The translations under genes and the position numbers were made by a program. A DNA stretch of 64,000 nucleotides from a virus (taxonomy: Duplodnaviria > Caudoviricetes), in IMG/VR virus record IMGVR_UViG_3300037067_018091, positions 1-64,000 of that record; one strand, written 5' to 3'. This document shows positions 5,998 to 14,005 of the stretch, in pieces (position 1 is the first letter of the stretch; every line of letters begins with the position of its first letter). The notes beneath the pieces were generated by a model that saw nothing but the letters and a program-made list of their open reading frames with translations, was not told the DNA's origin and ran no database searches.

Positions 5998-6348
5998 ATG
6001 ACTGAAGAAGAAGAAAAAATACAAGCGGCATTAGGTACTGTATTTACATGCTGCTTTTGTGAAAAAATTAAACCCACTTCTGAACAGTATCAATTTGATT
6101 ACGGTGATACTGCTGTGACGTGTTGTAAAGATTGTTTTACATCTACAGCGGAGGCATTATTTCCGGATAGTCGTTCTTTTAGTTATAGTACGAAAAAACT
6201 CCAAAATAATGGGGGTGTAGTTCAGTTGATATGGGGCGCGAACAAGGGTTCAGGACATCCTTGCACGGTGACCTCGCCGGGGGCGGTACCCGGGCGCTCC
6301 ACCAATTTTAGATTATGGAGGATTTGCAATTTATTTGAACTATATTAA
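5998..6348 (+). CDS. zinc-ribbon protein with ExxxQxALG tag, reading through tRNA-Ala
   Basis: MTEEEEKIQAALGT, CCFC...CCKDC; C-terminal part is encoded by tRNA sequence. Confidence 0.65.
   Translation: MTEEEEKIQAALGTVFTCCFCEKIKPTSEQYQFDYGDTAVTCCKDCFTSTAEALFPDSRSFSYSTKKLQNNGGVVQLIWGANKGSGHPCTVTSPGAVPGRSTNFRLWRICNLFELY
6233..6304 (+). tRNA. non-canonical tRNA-Ala(TGC)
   Basis: ggggcgc/gcgctcc with G3:U70, A73, CCA; catc-CTTGCAC-ggtg anticodon arm; T-loop GGCGGTA; reduced D arm. Confidence 0.7.
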
Positions 6349-6385
6349 GTTATTGAATTTAATATAGATTTGAAAGGGATTGCAA

Positions 6386-6955
6386 ATGATTGAAGTTGTA
6401 GAAAAATATGGGCGTAAGCGAAAGTGTAAGAAATTAGTTTGTGAACAGTGTAATGAAGAATTTTGGAAACCTGTTCCGTTAATTCGGGATCAAAAACATC
6501 ATTTTTGTTCAAAACAGTGCGCAGATACATTCAAAAAAAGTTTTAGAACAATACATATATGTGCGAATTGTGGTAAAGAATTTTTACTCAATGCGCATCG
6601 AACAAATAAAAAGAATGCGACCGTGTATAGATTTTGTAGTAGGGGCTGTAAGGATAATGCGCAGCGACTTGATGGTTCTTGTCCTGAAATAAGACCATCA
6701 CATTATAAAAGTGGTGAATGTGTTTATCGAAAAAGAGCTTTTGAATATTATTTACATAAATGTGCATATTGTGGATATAATGAAATTGTAGATATATTAC
6801 AAGTTCATCATTTAGATAGAAATCGTTTAAATGGGTGTATAACAAATTTGATGATCCTTTGTCCTACATGTCATGCAATTCCTACAAAAGGTCTTGGAGA
6901 GTTTAAGTGGGAAGGTAAAAAGTGTGTTTTAGTTATGAAAGAAAAAGAAAAATGA
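6386..6955 (+). CDS. HNH homing endonuclease with zinc-binding repeats
   Basis: CEQC..FCSKQC, CANC..FCSRGC, CAYCGY, LQVHH, NLMILCPTCH; ATG 6386 after AAAGGG. Confidence 0.88.
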   Translation: MIEVVEKYGRKRKCKKLVCEQCNEEFWKPVPLIRDQKHHFCSKQCADTFKKSFRTIHICANCGKEFLLNAHRTNKKNATVYRFCSRGCKDNAQRLDGSCPEIRPSHYKSGECVYRKRAFEYYLHKCAYCGYNEIVDILQVHHLDRNRLNGCITNLMILCPTCHAIPTKGLGEFKWEGKKCVLVMKEKEK

Positions 6956-7392
6956 AAATTGCTCCATCTATATACACTGATTGGATAAATATTCATCCAA
7001 AATTAAATTTTGCATCATTCTTAATTGAATTTAGATCAACTATTAATGGAAGATATTTATATTGTCCTAATAATCATTATATTATTCAAGCTACTAACAA
7101 TATATTACCTCCTTTAGCATTACGATTTTTGGTGAAAGATTCTATATATCAATCTAGACCTACTACTGCAGAAGTAGTTTTTGTAAATAGTCTTTTTTGG
7201 TGGCGAAATGGTACTATTTATAAACAATTTCGATTTAGTGATATTATACGACAATATGATAAAATAATTATTTGGAGTTTTAATATTCCTAAAATTGATA
7301 TTAATTTTATTAAAAATAATTGTTTACAGTTATTTTCTGGTAGTATATCTAATATACGTTATAATCGGCTGCAATTAACTATTGAGGCGTAA
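6952..7392 (+). CDS. hypothetical protein
   Basis: ATG overlapping HNH stop; about 146 aa. Confidence 0.65.
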   Translation: MKIAPSIYTDWINIHPKLNFASFLIEFRSTINGRYLYCPNNHYIIQATNNILPPLALRFLVKDSIYQSRPTTAEVVFVNSLFWWRNGTIYKQFRFSDIIRQYDKIIIWSFNIPKIDINFIKNNCLQLFSGSISNIRYNRLQLTIEA

Positions 7393-7394
7393 TA

Positions 7395-7766
7395 ATGAAT
7401 ATTTGGACAATTGCCGGAATTATTGGACTTGGAATTCCTATTGTTTATGAAAAAGCACGTAGATTGTTATATTATTGTATTCCAGATTGGTGTCTTTATT
7501 CAATTCAATGTAAATGGTATGCTTTTCGAATATGGAATATAGATAAAGGGGGCGCACAAATCCCTTCTCCTGGCGGCCATCAATTTTATCAAATTATAAC
7601 TTTTCATAAGGGGAGTTATTGTGCAAATTGGTTGTGTTTAAAATTTCAAATTTTTATATTATGGACATATTCGTATAAAATTTTGCGGTGGATTCGTATT
7701 AAAGATTTATTACCGCAAGTAATATTTAAATGGAAAAAATGTCTTGAGAAAAAATGGAGAAATTAG
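7395..7766 (+). CDS. hypothetical, possibly membrane-associated protein
   Basis: hydrophobic N-terminus MNIWTIAGIIGLGIPIVY. Confidence 0.65.
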   Translation: MNIWTIAGIIGLGIPIVYEKARRLLYYCIPDWCLYSIQCKWYAFRIWNIDKGGAQIPSPGGHQFYQIITFHKGSYCANWLCLKFQIFILWTYSYKILRWIRIKDLLPQVIFKWKKCLEKKWRN

Positions 7767-7800
7767 GGTTTGAGCCCCTCCACCTCCACCAAATTTAATT

Positions 7801-7825
7801 AAAAGCCCCGTTCGCGGGGCTTTTT
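7801..7825 (+). terminator. intrinsic terminator ending tRNA array
   Basis: aaaagccccg-TTCG-cggggctttt(t). Confidence 0.9.
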
Positions 7826-7864
7826 ATGCATTTATTTTGAGGTATTTGGGTAAAATATATTAAG

Positions 7865-8179
7865 ATGGTGCAGTTTCATTTAAATGATTGTCATGAACGT
7901 GTTTTATGGAAGTTGTTAACATTTGAAGGCAGTTTTCTTGTGTATTATCCTTCTGCAAAACGAGCCACCACGGTGGGTACTCATTGGTGTTTTGTTATGG
8001 AGAATAATTCAGAATTGGGTGAAATTATACAAGATAATGTTTGTGATGAATTAATAAAACATGGGTTTTTAGAAGCAGATTTGGATGAAAAAGAACATGA
8101 AGTGCAAACTGCATTAGGCACCCAAATAGGTCGAGTATTTAAATTATCTAATTCATTGAAAAATATTTTAAAAAGGTGA
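7865..8179 (+). CDS. hypothetical protein with internal ExxxQxALG tag
   Basis: DEKEHEVQTALGT near C-terminus. Confidence 0.75.
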   Translation: MVQFHLNDCHERVLWKLLTFEGSFLVYYPSAKRATTVGTHWCFVMENNSELGEIIQDNVCDELIKHGFLEADLDEKEHEVQTALGTQIGRVFKLSNSLKNILKR

Positions 8180-8192
8180 GTATAATATTAAG

Positions 8193-8486
8193 ATGGATGC
8201 AAAAGAAAGAAAAACGTTTATTGCGCGGTTGGAAGAATTTTGTAAACAAAAACAACTTGTAGAAATAATTACACCTAGTCGCGAAGCTACTGGATACATT
8301 ACTGAAGTCGGCGAAGATTTTCTGGGGGTTACTTTTTCAATCACTAAAGAAATTACAAAACAGGTTCCAAAAGAGGGGGGCGGAACAGATACTGAGAAAC
8401 ATATTATTGTAACGGAGCTTGAAGTTTTAATTAGATATAAAAATATTGATTCAGTTTCTCGAATTAAAAAGCAAGTTACTAAATAG
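8193..8486 (+). CDS. hypothetical protein, possible Sm-like fold
   Basis: VEIITPSREATGYITEVGEDFL and VLIRYKNIDSV resemble Sm1/Sm2. Confidence 0.55.
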   Translation: MDAKERKTFIARLEEFCKQKQLVEIITPSREATGYITEVGEDFLGVTFSITKEITKQVPKEGGGTDTEKHIIVTELEVLIRYKNIDSVSRIKKQVTK

Positions 8487-8496
8487 GAGTTTCATA

Positions 8497-9297
8497 ATGG
8501 CCAATTTGCTTAAAATCTCTGATACACATTTAAAACTTGCTAAATTTGCAAATGGTGAACCTGAAATTTTTGCAACTGTTCAGGGAGAAGGAATAAATAC
8601 AGGTATCCCAACAGTTTTTATCCGTTTATCTTTATGCAATTTAAGGTGTCGGTGGTGCGACACCAGTTATACATGGAATTGGGAAGGTACAACGTTTAAG
8701 CATAAAGATATGAAAACTGGGAAAAATGTTAAATATTGTCCAAAAAAAGAAATTATTGAATTAACCTCAATTGAAGTTATGGAATATATTTCTAAAGTAA
8801 GTGGCCCGAATATCCATCACGTGGTTATTACCGGCGGCGAACCTTTAATGCATCGTTCAAGTGAGGCATTTAAACATTTATTGATGTTACTTAAAAGTGC
8901 TGGGTATCATATAGAAATTGAAACAAACGGAACGTTAATTCCAGACGCATACGTCGCGTCTTTAATTGATCAATTTAATGTATCTCCCAAACTTGAAAAT
9001 TCCGGAAATTCTGTGCACGCGCGCCAAAAAGATAAAGTATACAAATTTTTTGCTCAATGCCCGAATACATATTTTAAATTTGTTGTTACGGGTAAAGCAG
9101 ATTTAGATGAAATTTTTAAGTTGCAAGCGTTGTATAATATTACAGCCGCAAAAATTTTACTTATGCCGGAAGGACGGACGGATAAAGAAACTCAGGCGAG
9201 AGCACAAGAAATTGTAGAGCTTTGTAAACAAAATGGCTATAGATTTTGTAATCGTTTACATGTGTGGATTTGGGATGGTGCACTTAGAGGAGTTTAA
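8497..9297 (+). CDS. queE: 7-carboxy-7-deazaguanine synthase (radical SAM)
   Basis: EIFATVQGEG, FIRLSLCNLRCRWCDT (CxxxCxxC), VITGGEP, IEIETNGT; AGGAG RBS before ATG 8497. Confidence 0.93.
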   Translation: MANLLKISDTHLKLAKFANGEPEIFATVQGEGINTGIPTVFIRLSLCNLRCRWCDTSYTWNWEGTTFKHKDMKTGKNVKYCPKKEIIELTSIEVMEYISKVSGPNIHHVVITGGEPLMHRSSEAFKHLLMLLKSAGYHIEIETNGTLIPDAYVASLIDQFNVSPKLENSGNSVHARQKDKVYKFFAQCPNTYFKFVVTGKADLDEIFKLQALYNITAAKILLMPEGRTDKETQARAQEIVELCKQNGYRFCNRLHVWIWDGALRGV

Positions 9298-10668
9298 ATG
9301 AGTAAAAATGATGTACCCTGGGATGGTTCTGTTCCAACATCATCGAGCAGTGATCCCAATGATGTTAAAAAAGGGATAGAATACAAAGATGTTGTACAAC
9401 ATCCGCGTGCAAAAGAAATTCGGGATAAATACGATACAAAACATATTTATAGTGAATTATCTGTTGAAGAGAAAATATTCTTTGATGGAAATTATGAAAA
9501 TCAGGCATTTGCGGCGTTTTTTGGGGACAATCCAGTTAAAAATTGTTGCTATTATAATTATTTGCAAAATAATATACATGCATACACAATTTATAATTTA
9601 ATGCAAAAAAGAGAAATTAAATTATTTAGTTTTGATTCTTCTGCTGCGTTATCCGCACTTAAAGTTTCTCCTAAAAATGAAGTATTTGTGCCTATGATGG
9701 GCGCATTTGTAATTGAATACAAAAATATTACATTGATATTAGAAATTGCTCATTTGTCGTATACGGTTGAATGGAATTGGTATGCAAAGTCGGCAAAAGA
9801 ATTTTCGGTTTTTGATAAATTTTTTACAAAGTCGGTGAAGAGATACAACCAGTATAAGGATCAAGTTTTTGATAATGATGGAAATTTTATATCACTTCCT
9901 AATGTTTCATTTAAAGATATTGTTCTTCCGGAGGGGATAAAAAAAGAAGTTAAACAAAATATTATTGATTATATTGATCCCGTGAAATTAGAAATTAAAC
10001 GGAAGAATGGTCTTCCTACAAAACGTGGTATTATTATGGTAGGAGAACCCGGAACGGGAAAGACATTTTTATCTCGTGTACTTGCAAAAACTCTTAAAAC
10101 TACTTTTATGGTGGTTACGATGGTACGGGGTGAAAATGATTTACAAGATATTTTTGAGTTCGCAGAACTTTTTGATAGAATAATTATACTATTTGAAGAT
10201 ATTGATATTTATAGTGGTGATAGACACCAAGGTGATATCGTTTCGTGTTTGTTGAATAAATTAGATGGTTTAGAAGTTAATAATCATTTAGTGGTGTTGT
10301 GTACTACAAATAATTTAGATGCGCTCGATGATGCGCTTAAAGATCGCCCGGGTCGCTTTGATCGTACTCTTCATTTCGATCCTCCGAATAAAGAGTTAAA
10401 AATCGAAATGCTTAAAGGATATTTGGTTGATAAAAATTTTGAGAATGTTGATTTTGAAAAAGTTGTAAAAGATATCCCCGCAGAATATACTGGGGCACAT
10501 TTAAAAGAATTATATATTACTGCTGCTACTGAAGCAATTGAAAGTGGTAGCGTTGATTCAAAGAAAATTGCAGTATTTACTACTGAAATTTTTCTGGATG
10601 CATTGAAAAAGTTACGTGGTTCACGAAAGGAAAAGACACGAATTGGATTCGATAAAGAAGATAGCTAA
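9298..10668 (+). CDS. AAA+ ATPase
   Basis: Walker A GEPGTGKT, Walker B ILFEDID, SRH TTN...RPGRFD. Confidence 0.92.
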   Translation: MSKNDVPWDGSVPTSSSSDPNDVKKGIEYKDVVQHPRAKEIRDKYDTKHIYSELSVEEKIFFDGNYENQAFAAFFGDNPVKNCCYYNYLQNNIHAYTIYNLMQKREIKLFSFDSSAALSALKVSPKNEVFVPMMGAFVIEYKNITLILEIAHLSYTVEWNWYAKSAKEFSVFDKFFTKSVKRYNQYKDQVFDNDGNFISLPNVSFKDIVLPEGIKKEVKQNIIDYIDPVKLEIKRKNGLPTKRGIIMVGEPGTGKTFLSRVLAKTLKTTFMVVTMVRGENDLQDIFEFAELFDRIIILFEDIDIYSGDRHQGDIVSCLLNKLDGLEVNNHLVVLCTTNNLDALDDALKDRPGRFDRTLHFDPPNKELKIEMLKGYLVDKNFENVDFEKVVKDIPAEYTGAHLKELYITAATEAIESGSVDSKKIAVFTTEIFLDALKKLRGSRKEKTRIGFDKEDS

Positions 10669-11008
10669 AAAAATTTCTCTTATTGAATTAAAAACTCAAT
10701 TGGGGTTAGGAACAATTGCAGATAATAAGTTAGCAACTGTTATTAAATATACACAAGATTCATTTATTTTGGAGTGGGCGGTAAAACATCGATCTGCTAA
10801 AATTCGTGCAGCTGCTACTGAAAATCTTTATTTACCTATCAATCTTTATGCGTTCAGGGGATTATTTTTAACTACTTCTACTGAACGTATTGCGTATGAA
10901 AAAGTTTTGCACGTACGACGCAAACAATTAGAACAATTATTCGCGACGGTAATTGCATCTTATCCACAATTAAATTTTATATTTTCAGAAAATGATATCA
11001 ATACCTAA
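10616..11008 (+). CDS. hypothetical protein with degenerate tag (ELKTQLGLGT)
   Basis: ORF in operon context; true start may be downstream. Confidence 0.65.
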   Translation: MVHERKRHELDSIKKIAKKISLIELKTQLGLGTIADNKLATVIKYTQDSFILEWAVKHRSAKIRAAATENLYLPINLYAFRGLFLTTSTERIAYEKVLHVRRKQLEQLFATVIASYPQLNFIFSENDINT

Positions 11009-11216
11009 TACAAATAAGATTCTCTCAGGCGTACATAAGTGTGATGTGTGCCAAGAAAAGGATGCCGAGTATTATAATTCTACTTGGTATATTCATATTT
11101 GTTCAAAAGAATGTTTTGATATTTTTATTGAAGAATATAATAAAGAAATAGATGATTTTACAATAATAAAATTAGATCCGGACCCAGATTCAAAGGATGA
11201 TTTAGATGTTGTGTAG
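10992..11216 (+). CDS. small zinc-binding protein
   Basis: CDVC...ICSKEC. Confidence 0.7.
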   Translation: MISIPNTNKILSGVHKCDVCQEKDAEYYNSTWYIHICSKECFDIFIEEYNKEIDDFTIIKLDPDPDSKDDLDVV

Positions 11217-11928
11217 CGTTGAACTTCCAATCAAATATTTAAATTATTTACAATATGTAGATTTTGATTATATTATTGCAAGTACGTGTTTTGAATATCC
11301 TAAATATTTAGAGTATTTTGTAAATAGAAAAATTCCCCGTTTTACAATTTTAGATAACGGGGCATTTGAAACGGGTGAAGCTGTACCGGATGTACAATAT
11401 CTTCAGCTTGCGCGTATAATTAAACCAAATGTTTTAGTTATCCCAGATGTTTTAAAAGATGCACAGGCAACTTTAGGGCGTTTTAATGAATTTATGCAAT
11501 TAAATCCACTTAAAGGATTATCGAGAACAAAACTTATGGGGGTTGTTCAGGCCGAAGGTAGTACTGTAAATGCTGAAATTTTAGGTAGTACTTATAGTTG
11601 TAAAGGTGTTCAATGGATTGGGATACCGTACGTGGCAGAATTGGATAGATATCGACTTATTAAAAAACATCCCGAGTGGAAAAATGTACATATTTTGGGT
11701 CTTCCGCATCTCGCAGAAATCCAGATATTGAAGGATTTACCAAATATTAAGTCTGTTGATTGTTCTTTACCAATTAATTTAAGTAAAGAAAAGAAACTTT
11801 TATATTTTGATGCGTGGACATCTACAGTGAGGGCTACTCCTAAAGAAAATAGATTGAATGGTGGTATATTAAAAATGAATTTAAATAATTTTTCAATGTT
11901 TTGTCATGGGGAACAGTTATGTCGATGA
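11206..11928 (+). CDS. TGT-like guanine transglycosylase (DpdA-like)
   Basis: ILDNGAFE, PDVLKD, GVVQ, VHILG, SVD motifs of the TGT fold; near queE. Confidence 0.7.
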   Translation: MLCSVELPIKYLNYLQYVDFDYIIASTCFEYPKYLEYFVNRKIPRFTILDNGAFETGEAVPDVQYLQLARIIKPNVLVIPDVLKDAQATLGRFNEFMQLNPLKGLSRTKLMGVVQAEGSTVNAEILGSTYSCKGVQWIGIPYVAELDRYRLIKKHPEWKNVHILGLPHLAEIQILKDLPNIKSVDCSLPINLSKEKKLLYFDAWTSTVRATPKENRLNGGILKMNLNNFSMFCHGEQLCR

Positions 11929-12506
11929 AACTCGTAGATTTAAAAATGTTAAATTATGATGGATCTCAATTACATCATGCATTTGCATATGAAAAAGTTA
12001 GAATATTAGGAGAAACTGTTTCTATTTTTCGGGGCCGGGCGCACGTAAAAAAGCATTTAGTTGATTTAGAAGATTCTTTGGCGGATGATTTGATATCTGC
12101 AAATGATATGTGGCATTTTATAATTGAGATTCCTGGCGCAACTATAATGGAATCTGTTGCAATTCAAAGACTTTTTATTTGTAAATGTATTGAGGTATTA
12201 CAAAATATTTTACCAGGAAAGTTATTTATACGAAGAGGTGATGACATCATAGTTAGGGGTAAAAAACTTTCTGTATCAATTGCAACCCTCTCTAGATTTG
12301 GTGGTCTTATTCATGTAGGAATTAATATTGATCCAGGTTCCGGATGTCCAGTTCCGGCAACTGGGTTAATTGAATTATTGTCGCGTAAAAAGAAAGTAGA
12401 TAGAGAATTTTGGATTAAAAATTTTGGTAGAAATGTTGCACATGTTTTTATTGAAGAGTATGAAGATATGAAAGAAGCTACATATAAAGTTAAGGAAGTA
12501 GAATAA
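11919..12506 (+). CDS. DUF366 family protein (lipoate/biotin-ligase-like fold)
   Basis: YDGSQL, DLED, MWHFIIE, QRL, RRGDDI..GKKLSVSIAT, IHVGIN. Confidence 0.82.
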   Translation: MSMKLVDLKMLNYDGSQLHHAFAYEKVRILGETVSIFRGRAHVKKHLVDLEDSLADDLISANDMWHFIIEIPGATIMESVAIQRLFICKCIEVLQNILPGKLFIRRGDDIIVRGKKLSVSIATLSRFGGLIHVGINIDPGSGCPVPATGLIELLSRKKKVDREFWIKNFGRNVAHVFIEEYEDMKEATYKVKEVE

Positions 12507-12507
12507 A

Positions 12508-12852
12508 ATGGCTGAAGATGTAGATCAATATGATCAGTTGCCAGATGATGTAACCGAGTTAATGAAGGAAGCACGTGAAATAGTAGAAAATACTTTAAAA
12601 CGAGTTGAAAAAAGTGCGAAAAAATATGGGGCCGCATATGAATTAGCCGACATAAGTGCAGAATTTGATCAGGAAGTTTTAGATATTGTGGGATGGTCTC
12701 TTTTAGAAGCAGTTCGTATTCATTTAGTTCTTTCAAAAAAGTTGGCGCAATTAGATGGTAAATATTTAGAAAAGTTTCTAAAATATCATGACGCAGGATA
12801 CCTTAAAATGTTGGAAGAAAAGATAGCACAGGAACTGAAAAGTAGGGGGTAG
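12508..12852 (+). CDS. hypothetical protein
   Basis: ORF 114 aa in operon. Confidence 0.75.
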   Translation: MAEDVDQYDQLPDDVTELMKEAREIVENTLKRVEKSAKKYGAAYELADISAEFDQEVLDIVGWSLLEAVRIHLVLSKKLAQLDGKYLEKFLKYHDAGYLKMLEEKIAQELKSRG

Positions 12853-12870
12853 CTACGAACTATTATAATA

Positions 12871-13227
12871 GTGATAACACATTGGTGGAGCATTATGCAT
12901 AATAGTGAAAAATTTTCATACGAACGCGCTGTTTACGTGTTAAAAATGTTGGAAGGTATTCCAAAAGATATTCAGGATATTTTTACTCCTCAAACAGAAG
13001 ATGAATTATTAGAATTAGAATCAAATATGATAAATTTTAAATCGCGTGAAAAAGATCGTGAAAAAGTAATGCAATTGCAGAAACAACACGGCCTTCCATT
13101 ACGTCCAAATCAAATACTTCGTACACTTATGATACGTATTCGTATTCAACAATTGCGGAAAAAATTTAAAAACGATTTTAGTGATTATGGTGGAGATAAT
13201 AATAATATTAATACCAGTGAAGATTAA
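12871..13227 (+). CDS. hypothetical protein
   Basis: ORF; likely start ATG about 12895 after GGAG. Confidence 0.7.
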   Translation: MITHWWSIMHNSEKFSYERAVYVLKMLEGIPKDIQDIFTPQTEDELLELESNMINFKSREKDREKVMQLQKQHGLPLRPNQILRTLMIRIRIQQLRKKFKNDFSDYGGDNNNINTSED

Positions 13228-13236
13228 ATATTTACA

Positions 13237-13758
13237 ATGTATAAAGCATCTACTTATTTTACAACGTTATTTTCTAAATTATCCGTTACTAGTAAAGAAA
13301 TGCGTAAATGTATTTCTGATCTGTACGGAGAATTAATTGAAACTGCGTTAAAAGATGTCCCCGAAAGTCGTCGTATTCCCGTCCTCAAATTTATTTCGTT
13401 AACAATTAAAGATACAATTATATATTTAAAAAGTTTGGAAAGTCAAAAAAAAGATATTGATCCACAAACTTTAAGAGTTTTACAATCTCTTGTTAATTTA
13501 TGTCGAAATATGATTACACGGATTGGTTTGCGTACTTCCTCATATGAAGCCGATAAGATTTTGAATGAGGCGTTTTTATCTGATATCGCGTGTGATATGG
13601 GGGAATGTAGTAAAGCGTTTAAGCAAACTAATAGTTTACGTGAACGTATACAGATTTTGCAACGTTTGAAAATGTTATTAAATAATTATAATTCAGTTCT
13701 AAAGACCGATTTGACCGTTCGAGATGTGTTAAAAGGACGAAATGAAACCGAACTATAA
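13237..13758 (+). CDS. hypothetical helical protein
   Basis: ORF 173 aa. Confidence 0.75.
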   Translation: MYKASTYFTTLFSKLSVTSKEMRKCISDLYGELIETALKDVPESRRIPVLKFISLTIKDTIIYLKSLESQKKDIDPQTLRVLQSLVNLCRNMITRIGLRTSSYEADKILNEAFLSDIACDMGECSKAFKQTNSLRERIQILQRLKMLLNNYNSVLKTDLTVRDVLKGRNETEL

Positions 13759-14005
13759 TAGTAAGAATGAATCGCCTTTTAAAAAGGGTCGAATGGACGA
13801 TGTTATTAAGCCTACTCGTCCAAAAGTTCATCGAATTAGACATGCTTCAATAAAAGATGCCACAGTTGAAATGTATGAAGATCTTGTGCAAGTATTTGCA
13901 AATAAAGGTATAATATTATCGAATGTGTACTCTCTTGCAGCCGATTTGATAAAAAGAGGGTGGCAAAAACATTCTAAAATAGAAGATTTAAAGGAACAGA
14001 AATAA
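13742..14005 (+). CDS. hypothetical protein
   Basis: ORF 87 aa abutting portal start. Confidence 0.65.
   Translation: MKPNYNSKNESPFKKGRMDDVIKPTRPKVHRIRHASIKDATVEMYEDLVQVFANKGIILSNVYSLAADLIKRGWQKHSKIEDLKEQK

Larger units (their letters stand above)
6211..7791 (+). mobile_element. putative HNH homing cassette within split tRNA-Ala remnants
   Basis: 5' gggggtg-ta-gttc-agttg (6211-6228) and 3' aggg-TTTGAGC-ccctc-cacctcc-A-CCA (7765-7791) pair with G3:U70; enclose tRNA-Ala, HNH and two ORFs. Confidence 0.55.

Noticed and set aside
7548-7791. Full-length or permuted tmRNA starting at GGGGGCGC 7548
   Set aside because: Interior is AT-rich coding sequence of ORF 7395..7766 with no pseudoknots or tag frame; the pairing with CACCTCC has a mismatch, unlike the 6211 piece.
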